UHGV virus genome: UHGV-1367341
Strand: one strand, 5' to 3'
Length of the DNA stretch: 54,338 nucleotides
Origin: a virus
Made by a program: the position numbers and the translations under genes. The notes under the pieces are model-generated. The model was given only the letters and a program-made list of their open reading frames with translations. It did not search any database and was not told where the DNA came from. Position 1 is the stretch's first letter. Every line of letters begins with the position of its first letter. Shown one piece after another: positions 7,180 to 15,526 of this stretch.

Positions 7180-8265
7180 TTAGTCGGGATAGTCAGCGTA
7201 CTTTTCAGGGAAGTTGCGTTTGAGTACCGCTCGGTTGTCGTGGTCAAGTGCCAGCCACTTAGCCATTTCATCCTGTGGCGTAGGTGGCGCGCTTCGCTCA
7301 GGGTGGTATTCGGCATTGGTGTAGGTTGGTCGAGATTGCGAAGCTCGGGGGAATAGGGACTGCCGTTTGGCGTCCTCTTCCTTCTGACGCTTGTGCCAGG
7401 TGACCAGCGCGCTCTTCCAGCTCTTCATCTTGTTAGGGCCAACGCGCCAGCCGTTGCTCTCGTAGTGGGCTATGAACCTCTCGGGGTCTACTTCATAGCC
7501 CGCCCTCTCTATCTCAGCTCTGACTTCATCGAGGGAGGGCGGGGAAAAGCGCGTCGCTTTTTCCCCCTCTCTCTTTATGTCTTCTTGTCTTATAGTCTTG
7601 GGGCTTTGCCCCCCTATTATCCCCCCATCTACCTTACTTTTTTGGGCGTCTACCTTGGTGCTACCTTCCTCGCTACCTTCCTCTACCTTACTTTCTACCT
7701 TGGTCGTACCTTCCTCTACCTTACTTTCTACCTTACTTCTACCTTCCTCTGTACCTTCCTTTACCTTGGTGCTACCTTCCTCGCTACCTTCCTCTACCTT
7801 ACTTTCTACCTTGGTAGGTCTGTACTTTCTACCGCCCTTTGCCATGCGTTCGCGTGCCTCGGGAGATAGCTGTCGCTTGGATCGGTAGGTGGCTGGCTCG
7901 TCGCTTGGATCTTCCTCGGTGTGACTCTTCTTGATCACCCCCTCGTGGAAGTCTCGGAAGAGTCGTCGTGAGTAGAAGTATTCGCGTCCATCATCACCCA
8001 TCTCGATGACGAAGAGATCGAAGTCATGTATGATCGACCATATCATAGAGTGCTTCTTCGTGTGGATGAGCGCGGCTACGTAGTACTCGTCGAATTGCAT
8101 TCGAGGCTCTTTCCCTTCGTCTGCTGATAGCTGACTGAGTAGCTCAATGATGAGCCAGTAGTTTCCATATCCCTCAGCTCCATGGATAGCCATGAGTCGT
8201 CGGAGCTTTAGGTCTAAGCTGGCATGAATATCGTGGCGAAAATATCTGTCGGAGCACATACACAT
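7180..8265 (-). CDS. replication initiation / replisome organiser protein (DnaD-like C-terminus) with internal tandem-repeat linker
   Basis: C-terminal FIAHYESNGWRVGPNKMKSWKSALVTWHKRQ resembles the DnaD-domain tail. N-terminal winged-helix-like region. Central KVE/EEGS peptide repeats are encoded by the DNA repeats at 7629..7835. Start uncertain; an alternative ATG lies at 8193. Confidence 0.55.
   Translation of the reverse strand: MCMCSDRYFRHDIHASLDLKLRRLMAIHGAEGYGNYWLIIELLSQLSADEGKEPRMQFDEYYVAALIHTKKHSMIWSIIHDFDLFVIEMGDDGREYFYSRRLFRDFHEGVIKKSHTEEDPSDEPATYRSKRQLSPEARERMAKGGRKYRPTKVESKVEEGSEEGSTKVKEGTEEGRSKVESKVEEGTTKVESKVEEGSEEGSTKVDAQKSKVDGGIIGGQSPKTIRQEDIKREGEKATRFSPPSLDEVRAEIERAGYEVDPERFIAHYESNGWRVGPNKMKSWKSALVTWHKRQKEEDAKRQSLFPRASQSRPTYTNAEYHPERSAPPTPQDEMAKWLALDHDNRAVLKRNFPEKYADYPD
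7629..7835. repeat. iteron-like tandem array of CTACCTT / GTACCTT heptamers, including a perfect 54-bp direct repeat (7651..7704 and 7762..7815)
   Basis: The two 54-bp copies (7651..7704 and 7762..7815) are identical when read from the sequence. About 14 copies of (C/G)TACCTT(C/A) occur inside the replication gene. Confidence 0.8.
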
Positions 8266-8283
8266 AGTATATATGAGGTGTTA

Positions 8284-8604
8284 CTATTTACGTCTCATCT
8301 TCTCGGCTCTCCTTTTGAGGTCGTTGAAGATCGTCGTGTCGAGGATTATTGTTGATCGTCCTTCCTGGGTGAAGGCTTCGGGATAGTCTTTGATGCGTTG
8401 TCTGAGTGTTGCTGAGTTTCGTATGCCGAGATACGCCATCACTTCCTTGCGTCCGCTGATGGTGCGATGCTGTGGATCTTGTCGATGCCTCAGCTCTTCT
8501 CTGAGTGCCTCAGCTCCCTCTCGCATAGCATTCATGATGAGCTGCCGTAGATCCTCGGGGCTCATCTGAATGGTGACGGGGGTGTAGGTCTGTGTGGTTG
8601 GCAT
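8284..8604 (-). CDS. small putative DNA-binding protein (HTH-like)
   Basis: ISGRKEVMAYLGIRNSATLRQRI resembles a helix-turn-helix. Basic C-terminus. Confidence 0.4.
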   Translation of the reverse strand: MPTTQTYTPVTIQMSPEDLRQLIMNAMREGAEALREELRHRQDPQHRTISGRKEVMAYLGIRNSATLRQRIKDYPEAFTQEGRSTIILDTTIFNDLKRRAEKMRRK

Positions 8605-8605
8605 A

Positions 8606-9349
8606 TCAGAATGGTGTCTTATTGATCTCTATTGTCATGTCAGGTGCTGCTATCATCGTGGGCAGCCCCGTCGCCTCTTCGATTGATTGGCGGCAACGCT
8701 CTGCATTGGTGTTGCCTGCGGAGAGGTGTATGAGCAGTATCTGTCGTGAGGTGGTCAGGTCATTTGCCCGGAGCGTCCGTAAGCAAGTGCCGTAACTCAT
8801 GTGTGATCTTGTCGTGCGGTGGTACTGCGCTGGGTGGATAGCCCCTGATGCGAGTCGCTCCTTGATGAGGTTCTCGCTGTAGTTGCATTCGATGAGCCAG
8901 TGCGTCACCTTGGGGAAGCGGTATTTAAGTAGGTATGAGTCGGTGAGGAATAGCAGCCTCCCCATTTCTTCGTGCTCGATGAGGAAGCCCAGGGGCTCCT
9001 CTGCGTCGTGCTCTACGTCGAAGGGAAGGACCGAGAAGCTACCGATCTTCACTGCTCGCTTGCTCGTCAGTATTCGGAGCATGGGGTCGTCACCGAGCTG
9101 TAAAGCGTCGGCCGTCCCCTTGGAGCAGTAAAGCGGTACTCTTCGGCTGGTGACCCAGCGGGCCTCGCGGGCATGGTCTCCGTGCTCGTGTGAGAGGAGA
9201 CACCCCGCGAGGTGCTGTAGGTCAAAGTCCAGGGACTGGAGTAGCTGCTGCTTCTTGACTCCGCATTCGATGAGGAGCGTTTCCCCTGACGACGTACGAA
9301 GTATGTAGGCATTGCCTGCGCTGCTCGATCCGAGGACTGAGAGAGTCAT
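8606..9349 (-). CDS. metallo-beta-lactamase-fold hydrolase (putative nuclease partner of RecT)
   Basis: HxHxDH motif SHEHGDH plus downstream His/Asp ligands. Immediately downstream of recT with a 1-nt gap. Confidence 0.75.
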   Translation of the reverse strand: MTLSVLGSSSAGNAYILRTSSGETLLIECGVKKQQLLQSLDFDLQHLAGCLLSHEHGDHAREARWVTSRRVPLYCSKGTADALQLGDDPMLRILTSKRAVKIGSFSVLPFDVEHDAEEPLGFLIEHEEMGRLLFLTDSYLLKYRFPKVTHWLIECNYSENLIKERLASGAIHPAQYHRTTRSHMSYGTCLRTLRANDLTTSRQILLIHLSAGNTNAERCRQSIEEATGLPTMIAAPDMTIEINKTPF

Positions 9350-9350
9350 A

Positions 9351-10322
9351 TTAGAATGGTGCTTCTACTTGTGCTGCCTTGGGATTGCCTTCTGCCTTTG
9401 CTTCGGTAGCTGGTGGCGTGGTAGGCGTTGCCGTGGGTGGCTCGTAGATCTCGCCCGTCTCTCCGTCGAAGTCGAGGGGCTCGCTTGCGGTCTTGCTCTC
9501 GATCTCGTGAGCGACTTTGTTTGTCACATCCTCCACAGAGGTGTATTCGTCGCGGTCTACATAGTGTGCTTCGCCTTGCTCATCGATGACAGCTTGGTCG
9601 CTCTTGATAGCGTTCTGCATCTCTACGGAGAGTGGAGCGTACTTACTTAGCAGGAGCTTCAGTACGGTCTTCTTCGCCATAGCGTCAAAGTCCGTTGTCC
9701 ACTTACTGGAGGACTTTACCCAAGCCTTCGTACTCTTGTAGGTCTCGGAGTATCGGAGGGCGTGGGCTTCGACTTCGTCACGTGTCATATATAGGCACTT
9801 CGAGAAGCCGTTGGTCAGGCGGAAGTAAGCGACGTAGCCTATGATGGGTAGCGTCTCTCGGTTGGGCTTGGCTACGAAGCGGGTCTCCCCTGTGAGGAGG
9901 TCGAAGTCTTGAAGTTCACCCTCCCTGACTTCGGTGACATTGATCGCTTGGAACTGGCCGCTTCGGATGGCAAGCTGTATGAAGCCCTTGTATCCCAGCT
10001 GGAACTGCGCCTGTGCTGTGCCGTTCTTTCGGTTGTAAGGGATGACGTAGGCAAAGCCGAGGTTTGGATCGAGTGGCAGATCAAGGGCGGTCGCCTTGAT
10101 CCCTGCATGGATGATCGTCAGCGGGTCGCAGGCTTGTAGCCCCGTGCTGTTTGCCACCAGTGCTGTGATGTTGTTTACGAAAGAGGACTTCTTCGCAGAG
10201 AGCACCCGCTGGAGGTAGTCTTGGGTGCGCTGGTCAGCGAGGATATGGTTGAAGCCACTGAGCGTGTTGGCTTGGGGCTGTGCAGGCGCGCTGGCCGTTG
10301 GTTGGATTGTCTGTGGTGTCAT
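9351..10322 (-). CDS. recT: RecT-family single-strand annealing recombinase
   Basis: FAYVIPYNRKNGTAQAQFQLGYKGFIQLAIRSGQF...VREGE matches the RecT core. Acidic/Pro-rich tail ending EAPF. Confidence 0.8.
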   Translation of the reverse strand: MTPQTIQPTASAPAQPQANTLSGFNHILADQRTQDYLQRVLSAKKSSFVNNITALVANSTGLQACDPLTIIHAGIKATALDLPLDPNLGFAYVIPYNRKNGTAQAQFQLGYKGFIQLAIRSGQFQAINVTEVREGELQDFDLLTGETRFVAKPNRETLPIIGYVAYFRLTNGFSKCLYMTRDEVEAHALRYSETYKSTKAWVKSSSKWTTDFDAMAKKTVLKLLLSKYAPLSVEMQNAIKSDQAVIDEQGEAHYVDRDEYTSVEDVTNKVAHEIESKTASEPLDFDGETGEIYEPPTATPTTPPATEAKAEGNPKAAQVEAPF

Positions 10323-10328
10323 GTTGTC

Positions 10329-12320
10329 TTAATTGATATGTGTGACGTTTAACTCCTTGTCGTCGGAGACGCGGAGGAGGATGATCTGTGATGTGAGGTC
10401 GTCGGGGGGGGTCTGTATGCTCTCGCTGTTGTCGACGAAGACGGGCGCGCATACCTGGTGGTGCTCACTGAGTACTCGGATAATCTCGAGCCCTGCCGTG
10501 ATGCGGCTTGCGGTGTTGGCTGCCGTAATGGGCACTCCGTTTACCAGCGGCTGGCAGGTCTCTGAGGGGAACTCTCGGTTCTTGTCATCGATGGTGTACT
10601 CGAAGAGTCGGAAGGTCACGCCACGGAAGCGTGAGTTGATCACTCGCTCGCACTCCTCTACCTGATGCAGTGCCAGGCGGGTTGCTTCATATTCTTCCTT
10701 CTCTGCGTCGGCTATCTGCTGTGCGATTGCCTTGGCTTCGTCCTCGAGGATCTTGATGCGGTTTGTGTAGTCGTCCCACTGATCCTGTGAGGCGAGTAGC
10801 TTCTTTATCTCGTCGCGTCGGTCGGAGAGCTTCTTGCGCTTGGCGGTGTATGCCTCGGTGCTGTCGGTCTCAATCGTTGCGTTGTCGGCTTGCTTGAGTA
10901 GCTCCTGGATCTGCTTCTCGAGTTCGTTGTAGCCTGGGAGCTGCTCAGCTGGTGTGGGCTTTACGGCTTCCTCTTCGGGGAGATCGAGGAGCTCGGCTTG
11001 CTGCTTGATGAGTAACGCATTCAGCTTGTCGGCTTCCTCCTCTCTCTGTAAGATGAGAGCGGCGCAGTTGTCGGCAGATGCTTCGCACTGAGTGAGCTGC
11101 TCTTTGAGAGTTGCTCCGCTTTGTGCGAGGGTGTCGAGTTGTGCTTTCTTTTGACTCTGCCATACCGCCTCAGCCTTTGTGATCTGCTCGTCGGGGAGCT
11201 GCTGGTGGCAGTGTGGGCAGGTTGTCTCACCATTATATATGGTAGCATGGAGTGTCATCCACTCTTCGCGCATGGTGAGCACCTGGTCATTGAGCTTTAC
11301 TTTGTTTCCTGCGAGCACCTTGTGCTTCTCATTGAGTGAGGCGACCTCGCTCTTGGCTCGCTCGATGAGCTGCTTCGTCTCGTCGATCTTGTGCTGGAGC
11401 TCCCGACGATGTGCCCCTCGCTGGTAGGTCTCTTCGTCGGCTCGCTTGTGCTCCTCGGCAATGAGCTGACGCTGCTTGCTTCGGAGCTCCTGGATCTTGG
11501 CTTCTCGTTCGCTGGCCTCCTTGTCCTGCTTGCGCAGTCGCTCGGAGCTGCTGGCGATTGCCTTGTCTATATCGGTAAGCTCAGCTTCGATCCCTTCAAG
11601 CTCAGGCTCGAGCGTCTTGCGGTCCTGCCATTGTGGTAGCAGGATGCGCGTCTGATCGATCTTCGGCTGGATCTTGGCTGCGTCCTCCTTGAGCTTCTTC
11701 TTCCGAGCTGCGATGCGTCTGCGGAAGTCTGCCAGGCTCTTGCCATTGAGCTTGTCTACCAGCCCCTCCCACTCGGGAGAGGATGCTGCGATCTCCTCGA
11801 TGCTTGGCGTGTGTGCCACGTCGAAGAGGATGGCGCGCTGGTCCTCCCATTTCAGGGAGGCGAAGTACTCGGGGTTGGTCAGCAGCTTGAACGTCGTCTC
11901 ATCTATCAGAGCGGAGAGACGCTTGCCAAACTCCGTGACGCTGACGGGGACGTCATCCCAGTAGCAGTCGGTGTGGTGGCCTCGGAAGACCTCATCGGCT
12001 TGTCCGCGGGGCTTGACCCACTCCTCTACATAAGCGCGTCGGAGTGTGAGGGGCTCGCCATCTACGGAGAGTGTTACGGATACTTCGCAGGGGGCTTTGT
12101 CTGTGGTGTTGCCAGCCTCGTCGTAGCTCTTGACGTACTCGTCCTTGCGTCCGTTGCGGTCCTTACCGAACAGACACCAAAGGAAGGCATCGAGGTGGCG
12201 ACTCTTGCCTGAGCCGTTAGGCCCTGCAATGATTGTCTCGTTGGGAGAGAAGGTGGTGGTGCGTTCTCGCTCACCCCTGAAACCTATCATGGTGAGCGAC
12301 GTCAATCGAATTGTCTTCAT
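10329..12320 (-). CDS. SbcC/Rad50-like ATPase with coiled coil and CxxC zinc hook
   Basis: N-terminal Walker A GPNGSGKS. Long charged heptad region interrupted by TTCPHCHQQLP (CxxC hook). C-terminal ABC-like segment VFVDNSE. Confidence 0.65.
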   Translation of the reverse strand: MKTIRLTSLTMIGFRGERERTTTFSPNETIIAGPNGSGKSRHLDAFLWCLFGKDRNGRKDEYVKSYDEAGNTTDKAPCEVSVTLSVDGEPLTLRRAYVEEWVKPRGQADEVFRGHHTDCYWDDVPVSVTEFGKRLSALIDETTFKLLTNPEYFASLKWEDQRAILFDVAHTPSIEEIAASSPEWEGLVDKLNGKSLADFRRRIAARKKKLKEDAAKIQPKIDQTRILLPQWQDRKTLEPELEGIEAELTDIDKAIASSSERLRKQDKEASEREAKIQELRSKQRQLIAEEHKRADEETYQRGAHRRELQHKIDETKQLIERAKSEVASLNEKHKVLAGNKVKLNDQVLTMREEWMTLHATIYNGETTCPHCHQQLPDEQITKAEAVWQSQKKAQLDTLAQSGATLKEQLTQCEASADNCAALILQREEEADKLNALLIKQQAELLDLPEEEAVKPTPAEQLPGYNELEKQIQELLKQADNATIETDSTEAYTAKRKKLSDRRDEIKKLLASQDQWDDYTNRIKILEDEAKAIAQQIADAEKEEYEATRLALHQVEECERVINSRFRGVTFRLFEYTIDDKNREFPSETCQPLVNGVPITAANTASRITAGLEIIRVLSEHHQVCAPVFVDNSESIQTPPDDLTSQIILLRVSDDKELNVTHIN

Positions 12321-12686
12321 AATGTGTCGTGTATTAATGAGTGTCTACTTTGTTGCGTGGTTGCGCTCTCCCGAGTTGGCCACGCTCGTACATTGCTGGC
12401 GGTTGCACCCTCACGGGCTTGCCGTCATAAAACGATAGATAAGATTCATCACTATTATATCGGGCGGTATGACAGACCCGATGGGGAGCCGCTCGAAATT
12501 GCGGCTGAGTGTCTACTTTTTTTGGCAGCCCTACTCTCCCGAGCAAGGCTACCACATTTAACTTAACTAAACAGCAATGTCAGTAATGAAAAAAAACACT
12601 TTGTGCAGCGGCCGTGCCCCTTACAACACGACCGCCATTCTCAACACAATACACATACGTAAACAATCCGCATGTTGCTCTTACAA

Positions 12687-12878
12687 TTAGTAGTCATCCC
12701 CGTCTCTGTTATCGTACAGCTCTTTGAATGTGATCGGGAGCATAGCAGGGGCGAAGATCTGAATGATGATGCGGGGCATATCATTGAAGTGCCAGCCCAT
12801 AGCGTAGATGGCGAAGGAGAGGAGGGTCAGGATAAGCGAGCAGGTGAGCGTCGCTTTCATGGAAATCTTACGTGTCAT
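12687..12878 (-). CDS. small membrane protein (MTRKISMKATLT...)
   Basis: Start in GTGTCATAGTCGT context identical to other early genes. Single TM helix. The longer ORF to 12950 is also possible. Confidence 0.35.
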   Translation of the reverse strand: MTRKISMKATLTCSLILTLLSFAIYAMGWHFNDMPRIIIQIFAPAMLPITFKELYDNRDGDDY

Positions 12879-13083
12879 AGTCGTATCTCTTATTATTATA
12901 TGTAGTGTCGTCAGGAGGCTTCCGAGCCTCGGGTGTTCCGTGCCTGCCACGGCTTCGCCCTGCGCACATTAGGTCGCAGGCTAACGACAATGGGTTAATC
13001 ACGTGCAGGCCTTTCACCTGCAGATTAATTCGTATCGCCATTGTTTGTATCAAGTATGTCAAAGATCGCTGTCGCTGGAGGGC

Positions 13084-13299
13084 TTAGCCTTCGGAAGAGG
13101 TGGTTGTGTTCAGCTTTTCAGCTCTCTCGAGAGCGTTGTAGACTGTGTTCATACTCACCTTGTACTTCTTGACGAGAGCCTTTTTGCTCTGCCAAGCCCC
13201 CCTACCTTGTGCCAGGAGTCGCTGGTACTCAGCCTGTATCTTTAGAGCACGCTCATCTAACTTTTCAGAGTGGCTCTTAGGAACTCTTATTTCAGCCAT
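13084..13299 (-). CDS. Cro-like small HTH regulator, divergent from the repressor gene
   Basis: 71 aa. KKALVKKYKVSMNTVYNALERA is HTH-like. Position and orientation are classic for cro. Confidence 0.5.
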   Translation of the reverse strand: MAEIRVPKSHSEKLDERALKIQAEYQRLLAQGRGAWQSKKALVKKYKVSMNTVYNALERAEKLNTTTSSEG

Positions 13300-13339
13300 A
13301 TTGCAGGTGGTGGATTATCTTTATCTTTGTTTCAAATTT

Positions 13340-13357
13340 TGCTTCAACTTTGAAGCA
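13340..13357. promoter_or_regulatory. candidate operator palindrome TGCTTCAA-CT-TTGAAGCA
   Basis: 8-bp inverted arms read directly from the sequence. Located in the cro/cI intergenic region. Confidence 0.3.
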
Positions 13358-13386
13358 TTTGTTGTAGCTCCTCTTGAACTACACTG

Positions 13387-13418
13387 CAAAGGTAAACCAA
13401 TTTGGTTGACTTACCAAA
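13387..13418 (-). promoter_or_regulatory. Bacteroidetes-type promoter for the leftward early operon (TTTG-N20-TACCTTTG on the minus strand)
   Basis: The minus strand reads TTTG at 13418..13415, a 20-nt spacer, then TACCTTTG at 13394..13387. This matches the Bacteroides TTTG/TAnnTTTG consensus and spacing. Confidence 0.4.
13395..13407. promoter_or_regulatory. candidate operator palindrome AACCAA-T-TTGGTT inside the spacer of the leftward promoter
   Basis: 6-bp inverted arms between the -33 and -7 elements of the predicted promoter. Confidence 0.3.
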
Positions 13419-13474
13419 TCTTTGTCAGCCTTTTTGGGTGACTTATTCCACAAGATGCTGTAATACTGCACCTT

Positions 13475-14203
13475 ATGAGCGAGAAAAATTTTTCTGCCCT
13501 TGCAGAATACTTCAAAAGCAAGGGCGTTACACAGAGTGCTATTGCCGAAAATCTCGGAGTTAGCAAGGCCTATGTAAATTCTCTGATGACTGGAAAGAAG
13601 GCATTTGGCAAGGCGCAGGCGGCTAAGTGGGGCGACCTGTACGGCCTCTCACCCTCGTGGTTGCTCACTGGGGAGGGCGAGATGCTGAAGGATGGCGCAC
13701 CAGCTACACAGCCCGCACCAGAAAACAGCGCACGCCCACTCGTAAGTAGCGACCGCGATTGGGTAGAGATACCTCTTGTGCCACACCGCGCGAAAGCAGG
13801 AGCGCTATCGGGCTTCGGGGACCCCTGCTGGGAAGAAGACAAACAGACGATGCCTGTGCTGATCGACAAGAGGCTGAAAGGAGATTACCTGCTCTTTGAA
13901 GTGTCTGGCGACAGTATGGACGACGGCACCAGTACAGCGTTTCTCGATGGTGACGTGCTTCTCTGCCGTGTCCTTCCTAAAAGCGACTGGCAGTATGGTA
14001 TCAAGAAGCGCTCTGCTACGTATTGCGTGATCGCAACGCAGGCGGATGGTATCGTACTGAAGCAAGTGACGCACCACGACAAGTCAGAAGGAACGATCAC
14101 TTGCCACTCTCTAAATCCCGACTACTCGGACTACGACCTGAAGCTAAGTGAAGTGCAAGCCCTCTTCTACGTGGAGCGACTTGCACAGCGGGCTTTGGTG
14201 TAG
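13475..14203 (+). CDS. CI/LexA-like repressor (N-terminal HTH plus C-terminal S24 peptidase domain)
   Basis: HTH is SQSAIAENLGVSKAYVNSLMTG. Ala-Gly cleavage site in HRAKAGALS. Ser nucleophile in FEVSGDSMDDG. Lys in GIVLKQV. Confidence 0.85.
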   Translation: MSEKNFSALAEYFKSKGVTQSAIAENLGVSKAYVNSLMTGKKAFGKAQAAKWGDLYGLSPSWLLTGEGEMLKDGAPATQPAPENSARPLVSSDRDWVEIPLVPHRAKAGALSGFGDPCWEEDKQTMPVLIDKRLKGDYLLFEVSGDSMDDGTSTAFLDGDVLLCRVLPKSDWQYGIKKRSATYCVIATQADGIVLKQVTHHDKSEGTITCHSLNPDYSDYDLKLSEVQALFYVERLAQRALV

Positions 14204-14227
14204 GGAACGTACAATTGAAATGATGAG

Positions 14228-14791
14228 ATGATGAGACATATATATGTAGCCTTCGCAGTACTACTGCTCATTCTCACAACAGGTGTAACAGGTTTCTCTC
14301 AGCGTAATGCTAAGTCAAAGGATATCGTCACACGAACGATCATAGGATGCACGCTTGGAGAAACTACCATAGACCAAATAGAGAAGAAGATTCAAGCACA
14401 AGGAGGGACAATTAAAATTAGAGACGGACAAGAGGGGCCACGGTCTAAGACAATAGACGTCAATGGTGTGAAGTTCTGGGGAAAGATCCGCAATAAGATC
14501 ATACTGAAAACAATAGATGACGTTCTTTACTTTGTTGCCTTCTTGATTTATGATAAAGAGGAAGCGGACGGATTGAAAGCCAGCTTATCTTCTAAATACA
14601 TAACTTGGGTAGACAATAGTGATATTCCTCTAAAGCCTTACCGAGGGTACGCAGTGGGTATAAGTGCCTCTGTGTCAATGAGCTATGAGTATAGCGATGA
14701 ATACAATCAAAACTTCAAACGTGCGGTACTCACGTATATAGACAAAGCGCTTTGTAGCAAGGCGCTAAAGATAAGGGACTCTGACCTGTAA
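14228..14791 (+). CDS. secreted/exported moron protein with signal peptide, markedly lower GC than neighbours
   Basis: N-terminal signal-like MMRHIYVAFAVLLLILTTGVTGFSQ. Codon usage visibly AT-rich (about 40% GC by eye versus high-50s around it). Confidence 0.6.
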   Translation: MMRHIYVAFAVLLLILTTGVTGFSQRNAKSKDIVTRTIIGCTLGETTIDQIEKKIQAQGGTIKIRDGQEGPRSKTIDVNGVKFWGKIRNKIILKTIDDVLYFVAFLIYDKEEADGLKASLSSKYITWVDNSDIPLKPYRGYAVGISASVSMSYEYSDEYNQNFKRAVLTYIDKALCSKALKIRDSDL

Positions 14792-14865
14792 ATAAACAAT
14801 AGAGATCGAGGACTCTCCGCCTTTTTAACTTATCTTGCAGGCATAGGTAACCAACGACAACAACA

Positions 14866-15078
14866 ATGAAAGCTATCAAACTACTCCTAAGCGGACTGTG
14901 CGCCATCTTTGTAGCGCCATCCTCAAAGCCCGACCATGGTGCAGAATGGGCTAAGTCTTATCTTGAGCAATACAAGCGAACAACCGACCGCCAGCGTCTA
15001 ACAGGAGACTGGAATGCAGTCAAGGAAGACATGGGGCGCGCTTGGAAGAAGATCCTCAGCGAGCATGGCGAAGAATAG
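14866..15078 (+). CDS. small secreted/membrane protein (70 aa)
   Basis: N-terminal hydrophobic signal KLLLSGLCAIFVAPSS. Confidence 0.4.
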   Translation: MKAIKLLLSGLCAIFVAPSSKPDHGAEWAKSYLEQYKRTTDRQRLTGDWNAVKEDMGRAWKKILSEHGEE

Positions 15079-15484
15079 CGTAAGGCGCACGCAAGCCACC
15101 GTGCAGCGTGAAGATCAAGTCGGGATGCTACGAGAAGAGCATATCATCATTGACAACAACCCGATGCCCACAGCTGAGGAGCTATTGAAGTATAAAGATA
15201 TCTCCCCTGACCTCGTGCAGTACTTTATGAAAATTACCGATGAGGAGCGAAGCATACGCCACGAAGTCACCCGACAGAGTATCGAGCTGACCCAAATGGA
15301 TAGCAAACGACGACACCGCGAGCGGATATTAGGGTTGGTGTTTGCATTTATGACGATTTTGGTCTTCCTCGGGATAACTGCCTATGCGCTTTATCTTGAC
15401 AAGCCATGGCTGGCTGGGATCTTCAGCACCTTGTCTATTGCTGGTATCATCTCAGCCTTCATTCAAGGACATAAGGAAGGGTGA
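15065..15484 (+). CDS. DUF2335-like membrane protein
   Basis: PTAEELLKYKDISPDLVQYFMKITDEERSIRHE followed by two C-terminal TM helices resembles DUF2335 proteins of prophages/ICEs. Start at MAKNS overlaps the previous stop by 14 nt. Confidence 0.45.
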   Translation: MAKNSVRRTQATVQREDQVGMLREEHIIIDNNPMPTAEELLKYKDISPDLVQYFMKITDEERSIRHEVTRQSIELTQMDSKRRHRERILGLVFAFMTILVFLGITAYALYLDKPWLAGIFSTLSIAGIISAFIQGHKEG

Positions 15485-15526
15485 TCGAGATCGCAGGCCC
15501 TACTTCAAAGAAATTAAGGAACACTT

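Noticed and set aside
6624-7183. ORFs 6624..7076 (-), 6633..6950 (+) and 6773..7183 (+) overlapping the DnaC-like gene
   Set aside because: They are alternative frames of a gene with clear Walker A/B motifs in the 6421..7167 frame. Their products are Arg/Ser/Pro-rich nonsense.
7629-7835. Possible CRISPR array
   Set aside because: The repeats are contiguous heptamers and a 54-mer without unique spacers, and lie inside a protein-coding gene. No cas genes are present. Interpreted as iterons instead.
7393-7888. Plus-strand ORFs 7393..7869 and 7577..7888 with striking repeated peptides (TFLYLTFYLG...)
   Set aside because: The repeat is an artefact of the tandem CTACCTT DNA array read in antisense. 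The minus-strand frame gives a coherent DnaD-like protein.
12483-12520. Hairpin AGCCGC-N8-GCGGCT followed by a T7 run on the plus strand (terminator-like)
   Set aside because: The T-run is 11 nt from the stem, and there is no upstream plus-strand gene to terminate. Possibly part of an early leader or regulatory region, but unsupported.
12868-13062. 64-aa minus-strand ORF listed with an M start
   Set aside because: The actual start codon at 13062..13060 is TTG, not ATG. It overlaps the 12687..12878 gene and lies in the cro 3' region. Kept out of the feature list as unsupported.
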